A stretch of 64,000 nucleotides of DNA. Source: Barthelona sp. PCE (Eukaryota). A program made the position numbers and the translations under genes. Positions 8,774 through 19,102 of the stretch are shown here, piece after piece (position 1 is the stretch's first letter; each line of letters starts with the position of its first letter). The notes beneath the pieces are model-generated. The model saw nothing but the letters and a program-made list of their open reading frames with translations, was not told the DNA's origin and did no database searches. The stretch spans positions 62,001-126,000 of the forward strand of contig JAUFOR010000006.1 in assembly GCA_040285745.1 (NCBI GenBank), written 5' to 3'.

Positions 8774-11700
8774 ATGCCAAAAAGTTTAACAATTGAAGAT
8801 GTAGCGCTCTGCGCCGATTGCGAGGCAGACAACGTGCTTAGCATTCGCAGCTTATCAATATACAAAGGGCAATTTGATCATGTGGACGTGTTAAAGCATT
8901 GTCCATTCCTGGAATACCTGTTCCTCTCTCGCTCAAGGCTGAGCAGCATGTCATCATTGCATTTTCTGCGAGGATTGCGTGTTTTGGATTTGAGTTTCAA
9001 CAATATCTCATCACTACCTGACGCTGGCTTCTGGGCGAACTTCCCCATGCTAGAGGTCATCTATTTGCATGGCAACAAGATCAAGAGCATTAAGAATCTC
9101 TTAGGTATTCGTGCTTGTCCGAATTTACGCGTTGTTACGTGTTTTGCAAACCCTGTATCATCACACCCTTCATACCGCCACATTATTGTCAACAGCATAC
9201 TCACTCTAGACGCTCTGGATGGATATGTTGTTGCAGATGAAGAGGTTATTGAGGGATTGCGTTCACTAGCAAATTTTAGAAAGTTGGCTCCCCAGTTCCT
9301 TATGTCTTTTCAATTCCCATCAAAGGAGGCATACGAAGCACTTAATATGGTCCACGATAAGAAGTTTGAGATATGTGACTTACCAACAAATTCATTTAGT
9401 GAGTGCCACAAATATCTTTTAGCTTTACGAAAGGAGGTTCACAAGATCCAGCACTATCACTCCCCTATCTTAATTATACAGAGACACTTCCGTGGTTACT
9501 TAGTTCGTCGAGATTTACGAGTCGAGATTCTGGAGAAACACCGTGCGGCAGTCACGATCCAAAGATTTTGGCGAGCATATAAAGAAAAGCAACGTAAGAA
9601 GCTTGTTAAGCAGGTTATTGTGATCCAACGTGTTTTTAGAGGGTATATGGAGAGGAAGAATTACCGTTTATTAAAGAAGAGACTGTTACGTGAAATCGAT
9701 GGCAGCGCAATTGTATACTTGCTGCCACGATTTTTACAGCCACTGTTGGAACTCGTGCGTATTAAAATTAGTGCAATGGGTATATCACCTGAGGAAGTTA
9801 GCGAAAACATAAGTTTTAGGTTTTCAAACTACGTATATCAGGGAAGAACAGTACCATCGAAGGTTGCAGATTTTTTAGTTGAGCGTGTTCCAATATTCAT
9901 TGATTTGGAGGAAGGCATCACAGTGAGACAGCATGGTAATACGCTGTTGATGCGCCATCGTGACTTTATTAATCGTTGCTTATCAAACGCAGCCATTGAT
10001 CCGCTTCGCTTCGAGGCGGTTCATGGAAACGTGTACAACAAGAGTAAGTATCATAAAGATTTCTTGGATACATATGAGTTGATCCATCATCCAATGCGAT
10101 GGTTGTTCCAAGATGATTTTTTTGATTATTTCAGTAAGTTGTCTTTGAAGGAAACACCTTTTAGGAACAGATTGATAGCTGTAAGGCTTTCAGGGATTTT
10201 TGCCTCGGTTGCAGATTTACCACCCAAACTAAAGGAGAAGAGCGACCCCACTTGTCTTTTCCTGACACGGACAGAGCTCAAGGAGGCATGCGCACCGAGT
10301 GTAATTGCTAACGCTTTCCTTCGTTATAAAGCAAGCCTAAACGTTCAGTTGTACCGACGATGGTTTAACAATGCAGCACTGAACTGCATTCTCAACACAT
10401 ATAACAAGTACAGGGCCCGCAGATCTCTGGAGTTCAGACGGAGGATTGTCCCAGCCGTGCTCATGATCACTGAACCATCATTTGTTATTGCAAGTCGGTT
10501 CTTTGAGGAGGTTAATACACTTCTCGAGAAGAGACGCACCCTTCCCGAGCAGGACTTCACAGCAAAGATTTTCACATCGAAGAAGAAGGGCTCGCTTATT
10601 GTGTCAGTGTTGCAGCTTGAAGGTCTGCTTCCTTTTGACTGGCTTTCTGCCATCAACGAGCAGGTGGATGTCACCGACTGTACAGTATTGTCTTCGTTTA
10701 ATATGCGGACGACGTCTCTCACATCGCTCGGGTCAACTATACCTGCAGTGTTGAATTTGCGTGGTGCCCGTCTTGCGACAGGTCGTGAGGTAGCTCCGTT
10801 GTTGAAACATACAGGAAGCATCATTAAAGACCTGACAGAGGGGTTTTATGTCCCGTTAGTAACGGAGCAAGAGCCCAAGAAGGAGAACAATTCGTATCAT
10901 TCGTTAATACGCCGTTCCTCAGTTAGTTTAGGTGGTCCCAGCGAGTCACGCATTAGTGGAGTATCGCATCAGCCGTCGTTCCTTGGAAATGAGATCCAGG
11001 AAGAAGAGGAGCGTACTGTGCTCTTCACCGAATACGGATACAGTACATCTTTGTACAATATTGATGATAGACCCAGCGAGATTCCTGTATTCTTGAACGA
11101 CAAGGTGCGTAAGTTGGAGAGCGAGCGTCTTCCTCAGGCTCTAGATAGTTTCTTTGTTGTTCACTGCAATTCAGTCTCGGAAGCACGACTACGTGCTTAC
11201 TGTTTTTATTCTATGTTGAGTGACATCACTCCCTCGTGTCTTTTGAGACCGATAAAGGCAACATCAGGCACCAATGACAATGAACGGAAGGTGGAGAGTG
11301 GTGAGAGTATGCGATTCGGTATGTTTTCAGCACCCAAACCGGAGAATACAATCGCACACTTCTTAGCACAGGAGGCTGAACGAAACCAGTTTATGAAGAA
11401 GCAAAGCACCGAGTTTGGAGGAGTTTCTTCAAGATTTCCGCCTCCGCAGACAGGGGTGTCAGAGCATACGCGTATGAGAATAGATCTTGGAACTCCAGTT
11501 GTTGAAGACAATGTTCTTATTAGCGGACGCAGCAGACTGGATGAACATCAGCTTCTTGATGGAGACTTCTTGATGAACACAGCGACACCGGCCATGGTTG
11601 AGGTTGAGGAAGAAGAGACGATGCTGGTTGGAAAGCGACTCAATCTAACAGAATATCGTGATATTAAGCGTCTTGACAAGTCCCAATTGCAAATCGTAGG

Positions 11701-12475
11701 CCTGGAGGACCGTCTCCGAATAAGCACCATTCTTGATATCCAGAAGCAGCAACAGCTAGAGGAGAATCAGGAGAAGGTTGCAGCGGTTCGCGCTTGGAAG
11801 AGTTATACGAAGCGCCCAGTAGAAGAGGACAGAGCAGCTATGAACAAGGCAGAGAAGCGGCTGAATGAGACACTTGTTGAAGAGATTGCTATTGCTACAA
11901 TGCGTGAGAAACGTGAGAAGATGAAGAAGGTCGCTGAGCCAACAGTTCATGCCATTTCTAACGCTAAAAAGCAGGATGAGGATGCAAAACTTCGTGAAAA
12001 GTTACACCGTGAAGAACAGAAACGTGTTGACAAGGCACGTACTGAAGCTAATGATGCTCATAAGCGCAGGACGATGCAACTGGCCAATGAGCGCAAGAGA
12101 ACACGGGTCCAGTCGGAAAACAAGGTTGTCAACAAACGTCGTGCCAATCAATTTGCTCGGAAAGTTAATCAATTGTCCAGTCATCTGAAGACGTGGAGAC
12201 ATTCACATATGCGTGCAGTAGCTGATGAAGAGAGCAAGAAAAAGATAGCTGATATGAGAACGGAACGTCAGAGGAGACAGAAAATTGCAAAAGAACAGAA
12301 GAAGAATAAGCGAAAAGTTTCATTGAGATCCAAAAGTTCTCTTGCTCTTGTTGATATATCGAGTCCAGTTCCAGACAAGCTTGGAGATCTGAGAAAACTA
12401 GATCTAACCGCTTCTGTTGGACCACAAACAGACCGCAAACCAGTTAAAATCTCAACGACGGTTCTTGAGTTGTAA
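8774..12475 (+). CDS. Leucine-rich repeat and IQ-motif protein (LRRIQ3-like, probably ciliary)
   Basis: N-terminal LRRs with LRRcap (YRHIIVNSILTLDALDG), three IQ motifs (IQRHFRGY, IQRFWRAY, IQRVFRGY), C-terminal charged coiled coil. First ATG at 8774. Confidence 0.8.
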   Translation: MPKSLTIEDVALCADCEADNVLSIRSLSIYKGQFDHVDVLKHCPFLEYLFLSRSRLSSMSSLHFLRGLRVLDLSFNNISSLPDAGFWANFPMLEVIYLHGNKIKSIKNLLGIRACPNLRVVTCFANPVSSHPSYRHIIVNSILTLDALDGYVVADEEVIEGLRSLANFRKLAPQFLMSFQFPSKEAYEALNMVHDKKFEICDLPTNSFSECHKYLLALRKEVHKIQHYHSPILIIQRHFRGYLVRRDLRVEILEKHRAAVTIQRFWRAYKEKQRKKLVKQVIVIQRVFRGYMERKNYRLLKKRLLREIDGSAIVYLLPRFLQPLLELVRIKISAMGISPEEVSENISFRFSNYVYQGRTVPSKVADFLVERVPIFIDLEEGITVRQHGNTLLMRHRDFINRCLSNAAIDPLRFEAVHGNVYNKSKYHKDFLDTYELIHHPMRWLFQDDFFDYFSKLSLKETPFRNRLIAVRLSGIFASVADLPPKLKEKSDPTCLFLTRTELKEACAPSVIANAFLRYKASLNVQLYRRWFNNAALNCILNTYNKYRARRSLEFRRRIVPAVLMITEPSFVIASRFFEEVNTLLEKRRTLPEQDFTAKIFTSKKKGSLIVSVLQLEGLLPFDWLSAINEQVDVTDCTVLSSFNMRTTSLTSLGSTIPAVLNLRGARLATGREVAPLLKHTGSIIKDLTEGFYVPLVTEQEPKKENNSYHSLIRRSSVSLGGPSESRISGVSHQPSFLGNEIQEEEERTVLFTEYGYSTSLYNIDDRPSEIPVFLNDKVRKLESERLPQALDSFFVVHCNSVSEARLRAYCFYSMLSDITPSCLLRPIKATSGTNDNERKVESGESMRFGMFSAPKPENTIAHFLAQEAERNQFMKKQSTEFGGVSSRFPPPQTGVSEHTRMRIDLGTPVVEDNVLISGRSRLDEHQLLDGDFLMNTATPAMVEVEEEETMLVGKRLNLTEYRDIKRLDKSQLQIVGLEDRLRISTILDIQKQQQLEENQEKVAAVRAWKSYTKRPVEEDRAAMNKAEKRLNETLVEEIAIATMREKREKMKKVAEPTVHAISNAKKQDEDAKLREKLHREEQKRVDKARTEANDAHKRRTMQLANERKRTRVQSENKVVNKRRANQFARKVNQLSSHLKTWRHSHMRAVADEESKKKIADMRTERQRRQKIAKEQKKNKRKVSLRSKSSLALVDISSPVPDKLGDLRKLDLTASVGPQTDRKPVKISTTVLEL

Positions 12476-12503
12476 ACAGTTTTATCACCTTTTTTCAGTA
12501 GTT

Positions 12504-14411
12504 ATGGAACAGTACGATCGATTAGGGGATAGTTTAAGCCATCGAAAGGTCTTTGCACGGTTTAATAATTCACTTATTTCCACAGATTGCATTGCTAATG
12601 TCACAGAGGCTGCACTTACCTTGATTCCCTTCGTATACGAGGGAGGAACAGTTGATCTGAGACAGATAGTCGTTTCGGACTCGAACAAAATTTTTGCGCT
12701 TAATCACGATCCAGAGAAAAATATAGCTTCTGTTGTGGAAATAGACGCAGAAAGTGGTGTCATAGCTGCTATTCCGTTGCCATTTGAACCTATTAAACTT
12801 ATCAACACAGGAGCTTTGTGTTTTTTACCTAATGAGCGAAGTATTGTTTTTATTGAGTTTGATTGCATGAGTACAGAGTGTCCTGTCATTACTGCTGTGT
12901 GCGATGAGTCGGTCTTCTTATGTGGAGGCTCAGTCCAATCGCCATTAGGAAGTGTACCCTTTGTTTTATGTGCTAATGATATTAATTCCCTTGTTATCAA
13001 GGCGCTTCTCACCGAATGGACAGAGTTCCCGTTGGAAAAACCTAAAGAATTCGATTTACGCGCATCATTTACCACCATTTCTGTTGGTTCAGAGGCTTTT
13101 ATTACTGATGGGTTTGAGATATTTAAGTTAGCTCTCAGCGCTGAAGAAATTCGCCTTGACGCGGTTTTACAGTGTTTTTCACGTGATATTGAACTATTTG
13201 AAGTTAATAATAGATTATTAATTACAGGGTATGCTGATTTTGTGACAGATGCTTATACCGCTTCTCTAGGGGAGTGCAATGCATTCCTGCACACCCCAGG
13301 CCGCTCAAGAGAGACGATCCAGCCAGTATACGGTCCAGAAGAGGGATTTGAGTATCTTTCAATTTTTACTGGACTGCATCCCGAGAAGAAATTTTCTGTT
13401 TATGTAAGTGACATGTCCATGTACCTGGTCTCTGTTGAACACTTTGAGGTTCTTAAGGGTGCTACAGTTCCGGTTTTGGATGTTTTTTCAGAAGAGAAGA
13501 GACACCATGACCGAGAAATACATTTTGAAAAGATCGATGTTGTTGAAGGGACTCGTTGTGCTCTCACACACGGAGACGCACTTGTTCCAGCCGAGATGAG
13601 AGCGGAAAACTTTGTTGAATGTGATGTCTCAGCGTTGTATGATATGGTTGGCTGCACAGTCTGGATTTTCTTAGGTGATGACCAGGAGGGACTGCTGCAC
13701 GTGCTTCAGGATACCGTATCGTCATTTTTCCCATGTAGTCGTGCATACGGTCAACCCGTTTTGCGAAGGAACAGCGATCGCAGTTTGTTCACTCAGACAT
13801 GGTGGGGGGTGTGTCAACCCATGGAAGGTACTGTGATGTACAGCGGTGCCACAACCGACATGATTTCTGGATCGAGTCGTACCGTCGTTATAGATAGTGC
13901 CGTTTCAGCTTATGATCCTGTTGTGAAGAGTGGAGTGACACTTGAGCTGGCTAGTGGACCATACCGCATTGCAGAGCGAGTAATTATGGATATGACAGCC
14001 GAGATTGCTCTTATTGCTTCGGATGTAGACGGCGATGATGTCTTTAATACTATCGCTCTGGAAAACCCAAGCACGTATGTGGACGATTGGGATCTTCTAA
14101 ACGACACCCTGTACGTCAAGACACAGCTTTGTTTTGCTACAGCAGTGAGTAATGTAAGCAGGAGCGTTTATGATCGGGTTTTCATCGAGGAGCATCCCGT
14201 ATTCACGCATGCACGTGCAAAAGGGGCGTCAGATGATGATACTGTGACTTGCACCCTTAAAATCAACAAGGTGATGAGTTTTTCTTCAGAAACCATGGTT
14301 TTCATTTTGCGTCGCAAAGACAACAAGGTATTACGCTTTCTTATACATGAAATATTCGATGAACATGAGCAAGAGATCAAGAACGAACAGGATGAATGTT
14401 GTTTACAATAA
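12504..14411 (+). CDS. Hypothetical protein (beta-rich, possibly propeller-like)
   Basis: 635-aa uninterrupted ORF from first ATG 12504; no family recognised. Confidence 0.65.
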   Translation: MEQYDRLGDSLSHRKVFARFNNSLISTDCIANVTEAALTLIPFVYEGGTVDLRQIVVSDSNKIFALNHDPEKNIASVVEIDAESGVIAAIPLPFEPIKLINTGALCFLPNERSIVFIEFDCMSTECPVITAVCDESVFLCGGSVQSPLGSVPFVLCANDINSLVIKALLTEWTEFPLEKPKEFDLRASFTTISVGSEAFITDGFEIFKLALSAEEIRLDAVLQCFSRDIELFEVNNRLLITGYADFVTDAYTASLGECNAFLHTPGRSRETIQPVYGPEEGFEYLSIFTGLHPEKKFSVYVSDMSMYLVSVEHFEVLKGATVPVLDVFSEEKRHHDREIHFEKIDVVEGTRCALTHGDALVPAEMRAENFVECDVSALYDMVGCTVWIFLGDDQEGLLHVLQDTVSSFFPCSRAYGQPVLRRNSDRSLFTQTWWGVCQPMEGTVMYSGATTDMISGSSRTVVIDSAVSAYDPVVKSGVTLELASGPYRIAERVIMDMTAEIALIASDVDGDDVFNTIALENPSTYVDDWDLLNDTLYVKTQLCFATAVSNVSRSVYDRVFIEEHPVFTHARAKGASDDDTVTCTLKINKVMSFSSETMVFILRRKDNKVLRFLIHEIFDEHEQEIKNEQDECCLQ

Positions 14412-14539
14412 ATATTTGTATAGCTGTTTTTATGGTTCTATGCGCTTTTCTAACGTATATTGTGGACAAAAACCTAGATTTTTCATTTTGTAGAGTAATT
14501 TTTCTCTTTGATCTCGAATTTTTTTTTTTCTCCTCTTTC

Positions 14540-15589
14540 ATGCGATTTTCTGCAGTTTTTATATTGGTTCTGCTTCTTTTCGGGATAAACGCAGAGGAAA
14601 TTGATACCTCAACGTGTCAAAAATTGTGCAAAGTAGTTAATTTACAAGATTCACATCGTTGCCGTTTTCCGGACTATCGTTATGGTGTTTTAAACCGAGC
14701 TTTCACCATATGCTCGAGCAAGGGTATTAGCCACACAAAGTGCGTGGATGAACTGGCAAAGAATGATGTTTCTCATCTGAAAAATGCAATGCGTAAGTCT
14801 AATTCTTTTAAGCGAAAAAAAATTGCTATAGTTGATCTAGAAGACATCACAACACTCACAACAGATGTGATTGATATCCCTGGATGGTCAAGTGGAGTCT
14901 GGGAGGATGATCTGCCCGGAGAACCAGATGAAGCATGTTGGTGTCCAGAAGTGGAACGTATTCCCGCCTCTGCCACATTTGGGAGCTCGAAATATGATGA
15001 AAAGTTTACTATAAAGGGTCAAATGTGTCCAAAACAAGGTTGCCTTTTAAGTGATGAGTTAAGATTGCCACCCGCACCGTTAACATCCACATTTAATTTC
15101 AGACTGGAGCATATCAACCCCCCACAGTACAGCGAAACAAGGAGAAATCCTAGTTGTTATCATCGTATACCGAGTGCGTGTTATTATAAGTACACAACCG
15201 ATAGTTTAACGCATTCAATTGCGCCAACCATCGATGTGTACTGCGCAGACAAGGAAATGCGTCGCCTGAGGCACGGTAATGGTTGTTTAATGGTACAGAC
15301 AAGTGGAGGACAAGCTATTGCAATGAAACCTGAGAGCGGACACATTTATCATCACATAGGAAGCACACGCGAACGTTACGGGCGTGTATTCAAGTATGTA
15401 ACTCATAAACAGGAGCCCATAAGCTTGTATAAGATGGATAATAATGGTGATGGTATTATTCGTCATGGTGATATTGTTTGCTTTACACCTGGATGTAGAT
15501 ACTGTTATAAGGAGAGGGTGGGAAGAATGCTTCGTGAGAAATGTGCTGATTATCCACGCTATCGTATCATAACTCAAAATTTAGAATAA
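14540..15589 (+). CDS. Secreted cysteine-rich hypothetical protein
   Basis: ATG 14540 gives signal-peptide-like MRFSAVFILVLLLFGINA; many cysteines. Confidence 0.65.
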   Translation: MRFSAVFILVLLLFGINAEEIDTSTCQKLCKVVNLQDSHRCRFPDYRYGVLNRAFTICSSKGISHTKCVDELAKNDVSHLKNAMRKSNSFKRKKIAIVDLEDITTLTTDVIDIPGWSSGVWEDDLPGEPDEACWCPEVERIPASATFGSSKYDEKFTIKGQMCPKQGCLLSDELRLPPAPLTSTFNFRLEHINPPQYSETRRNPSCYHRIPSACYYKYTTDSLTHSIAPTIDVYCADKEMRRLRHGNGCLMVQTSGGQAIAMKPESGHIYHHIGSTRERYGRVFKYVTHKQEPISLYKMDNNGDGIIRHGDIVCFTPGCRYCYKERVGRMLREKCADYPRYRIITQNLE

Positions 15590-15754
15590 AGTTTTCCAGG
15601 CGATTTTGTTTTTGTTTTTTTTAGATTTCGGCACTGTTTTACACTCTCTATTCGCCTTCACACAGCCAAAAATCACACATAAATAAACACAACGTAACAA
15701 TGAACATAGTTTTATGTTTCTTCTTTGATAACCTTTTACATATAGCATCACTTG

Positions 15755-16996
15755 ATGTCAATTTTTGGGGGAACGACAAAGTTCCAGACCGTGGAACACT
15801 CAGAACTTGAGTACCAGCCTATTCTAACTACATTTGATTTCGGACATCCATCCGAAGAGCAGTTGGAAGGTTTACACCTCAAAGCATACCGCAAGACCAA
15901 GGGCCCGAAGTCCACACGCAACTCACGTATTGTTGTTGCCGAATCAAAAGCACTTGACTTTGTTGGTGATAACTACACATCCAAAAGCGCTATAACGCAC
16001 GTGTTAGGCGTCTATGACAAGGAGGAAGGCAAGATGCGCATGATACCAATCGACCACGTGTTCAATCTGAGGAGTGTCCTGCACAATTCTGTCGCTGCTT
16101 ATTCCAAGAAGGTCTATGAGGAAGTCCATGGTAACTACAGCGAGAAACAGCAGGAACTCATTGACGCAATGGGCTCGAGGAGATCAAAGAGAATCTTGAC
16201 TTCAGCTCGCAATCGTCGTCTTGATTCGAGTGGTCTTGCAAAGCTTGAATCGGTGAACAAGCATATTACAGCAAAGGACGCAGTGTCCGTTATTGACCCA
16301 TGGGAGAGTGTGCGTGATAACTTCCCTGAGTTTGATCCAGATGCCGTTGAAGCTTGTGATATATATCCAATGGATAAATTATGGCCTTCAGAAGAAATTA
16401 TGGAGGACATTGATATAAATTTATCCAACTCAGAGATCAAGCGTGAGGAGTTCAGAGATGATATGAACATCAAGAGGGAGTCATTGAAGTTATATGAGGA
16501 CTTGATTGAGCAAGATAAGTTAGATAATTATGCCCTTGTTTTCTTCTTTATTTTGGGTATTTACAGACACAAGAATAAGTATAGTAATGGAGATATTCCT
16601 TTTTATGATCATTATAGATGGGGAGATGCACTCAAGGACTGGTTTAGAGACAAATTTACAACCAAATGTGTTCGAACCTGGCATAATAAGACTACAACTG
16701 TTCATAAGATTGATGGTGCTAAAGAGTTACTGCTTGAAAACTACATTGTTACTATGTTGTTGCATTTAAAGAAATTCACTATTGATGTTGAGGAAGTCCA
16801 TGGTTTACTCGGAGGAGAAACCAGAGAATTTGACAGATACAAGCGACTTTTGAAGAAGATGGGTTGCGAGATTGCACGAGTTAAGAGGGGTGTTCAAGGA
16901 GAGAATATTAAGGTACATGAAGCTACTCTCATTGCACCACTTAAGCCCCCACTCAGCGATTTGCGTAGAATCATGAGCAGAAAGCGCACGAGATAA
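15755..16996 (+). CDS. RPA49: RNA polymerase I subunit A49/PAF53-like
   Basis: LDFVG, HVLGVYDKEEGKM, LIDAMGSRRSKR, P.FDPDA...DIYP and C-terminal ATL..PL..P match the A49 family pattern. Confidence 0.75.
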   Translation: MSIFGGTTKFQTVEHSELEYQPILTTFDFGHPSEEQLEGLHLKAYRKTKGPKSTRNSRIVVAESKALDFVGDNYTSKSAITHVLGVYDKEEGKMRMIPIDHVFNLRSVLHNSVAAYSKKVYEEVHGNYSEKQQELIDAMGSRRSKRILTSARNRRLDSSGLAKLESVNKHITAKDAVSVIDPWESVRDNFPEFDPDAVEACDIYPMDKLWPSEEIMEDIDINLSNSEIKREEFRDDMNIKRESLKLYEDLIEQDKLDNYALVFFFILGIYRHKNKYSNGDIPFYDHYRWGDALKDWFRDKFTTKCVRTWHNKTTTVHKIDGAKELLLENYIVTMLLHLKKFTIDVEEVHGLLGGETREFDRYKRLLKKMGCEIARVKRGVQGENIKVHEATLIAPLKPPLSDLRRIMSRKRTR

Positions 16997-17265
16997 CAAA
17001 ATAAAGATTAACTAATGCAGGATAGTGTAAATGAATTATTTTGGTGTTTGGTATATGTAGGGTGCTTTATAATGCTATATATGAGCTGATGCGCCGTTAC
17101 AAACATATATCCTGGATGATATTAAGGAATTTATCCAAACTTTCAAGATACTACATGTACGGTTCATTTGTCAGTATGAAGTCATCCAATATCCTATATC
17201 AAGGGTAATTGTGATGATCGAATCACAACAGTTATTTGTTTTACGTTTTTACACCTTTTCTATCT

Positions 17266-18311
17266 ATGAGCGACTGGATTTTAGCAATTCTTTCTGTAGT
17301 TGGATTCTTTCTCGGCATATACGTGCTGACATTCATCTTCACTGCGTTTTTCATTGTTGAGACTGAGACAGCTGTAATTATTGAGCGTTTTGGCAAATTT
17401 CACTCAAAAGTATGATTCTCCAAAGGCATTTCTGCTAAAGCATAGCACGAAAAGCCCACTTACATGTCTTTATAGCTTACATTTAGTTAGAGCCTGGTTT
17501 GCATTTTATGTGGCCTTGGATCGACAGACGTCGCAAGTTTATGTGGCGTCACAGCGAGTCGTGGACAGTGAGGGGCCGCAAGAGGCGCCATATTATTCAG
17601 AAGAAGTCATCCGTTATTGATCTTCGCCAAACAGTCCTTGATTTAGGTATTCTTTCAGTCATCACACGTGACAACGTTTCAATTTCCGTGTCCGGTGTTA
17701 TCATTTATAATATTTCAGATCCCGTTCGTGCTTTGTATGAAACTTCAGACCTTCACGCAGCTGTTGAGAAATTAGTACACACAAATATCCGTTCTGTCAT
17801 TGGTGGTCTTAACCTTGAGGATGCTTTTGCTTCACGTGCTGAAGTGAACAGGTTGCTTTTGCAGAAAGTTTCCAGAATTTGTAAGTGTTGGGGTATCACG
17901 ATTGATAAAATTGAACTTCTTGAGATCAATCCTTCACACGATGTCGTCAATGCCATGCATCTTCAACTTTCTTCCGAACGTACACGTCGTGCTCAGGTTA
18001 TTATTGCTCAGGGTCACAGACAAAAGGATAAGTTGGAAGCTGAGGGTCGTTCGCAAGCCGGTATCACTATCTCACAGGCTGAGAGCATTGCTGCTAAGCT
18101 TCGTGGCGTTGCTACCGCTACCGCCAAGACCACTATGGTTGAGGCTGAAGTAGAGCAGTTACGTAAACTCAGCGAAGCACTGAATGGTCTCGCTGACCCC
18201 GCTCAATACGTTTTGAGTTGGATGATGATCGAAGCCCTTCATCATATCGCTCTTAACAGTGATACTGTTGATATGATCTTGCCCATTGAACAGAATCTGG
18301 GCGCCGTTTAA
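17266..18311 (+). CDS. SPFH/band-7 (stomatin-like) membrane protein, 2 exons (17266-17409, 17487-18311)
   Basis: Splicing restores IIERFGKFHSK|LEPGLHFMWPWID; also IDLR, VITRDNV, IRSVIG, WGITI. N-terminal hydrophobic anchor. Confidence 0.88.
17410..17486 (+). other. Spliceosomal intron (77 nt)
   Basis: GTATGA...GCTTACATTTAG; phase 0; removal joins two parts of the SPFH domain in frame. Confidence 0.85.
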
Positions 18312-18368
18312 TGTGAATATTGTAATAAAAAAACGTCGATAATTGTAGTTTATTTTACAGAACTATAC

Positions 18369-18941
18369 CTAGAACTTAATACCCGGTAGGTTCACTTCTT
18401 CACCTGTGATAGGGTTGTAACGACCATTGGAACGTGTGTAAAGTTCGACTCTTCTGCGCTTCATACGATCTAGTGACATATCATCCTGGTGCGCCAACTC
18501 CTGACCTTGGGCGTTATCATTGAGCTCAAGTGTGATGGGATTAAAGGCCTCAGAGCGACGAGTTTTCTGACGTTGCTGCAGAAACTCAACCTTTCGCTCA
18601 TCGCGCTTGTAATTTTCTTCAAGTTGTTGGAATCGCTGTTCATCGCGACGTAGAGAATGGTTACGGCGTGCCTGCAGGGATTCATTCCTTCTATTGATAT
18701 CAGCATCCCTTTGCTCCTTATGATAGTTGGTGAAATTTGATGAAAATCGCTCACTTTCCTGAATGTATCCTGGTGTACCCTTCTCGCCGTACATAGTCTC
18801 GATTCCTCCGTCGTATGCGTAGTAGTTACCCGAACGTCCTTTAAGATGGTTCTTTTCGATTTGTTCCTTATCTGATGTCATCTGACGCTCCGCCCGTGTG
18901 CGGGGCTGGATAGCGTGTATTTTCATTTGAGATACGTCCAT
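18369..18941 (-). CDS. Hypothetical coiled-coil protein with two (F/Y)NPIT motifs
   Basis: ATG 18941; AFNPITL and RYNPITG motifs; charged helical composition. Confidence 0.65.
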   Translation of the reverse strand: MDVSQMKIHAIQPRTRAERQMTSDKEQIEKNHLKGRSGNYYAYDGGIETMYGEKGTPGYIQESERFSSNFTNYHKEQRDADINRRNESLQARRNHSLRRDEQRFQQLEENYKRDERKVEFLQQRQKTRRSEAFNPITLELNDNAQGQELAHQDDMSLDRMKRRRVELYTRSNGRYNPITGEEVNLPGIKF

Positions 18942-19102
18942 TGTTATCACAAAAACCCAAAAATGGAGAAGTATGAGGTTAAAAACTATAAACAAGTATT
19001 ATTCATTCTTTACTCGGCCTCAACAGCACCATTGCCGCAGATTTACTGTGAAATACCAACCAAAACCAAAATATTCGTTGTGGTTGCAAATTGCCTGCAA
19101 TT

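Noticed and set aside
17100-17235. Small hairpins with a box C-like GTGATGA and a trailing ACA (snoRNA candidate)
   Set aside because: No coherent C/D or H/ACA architecture or rRNA guide could be established by eye.
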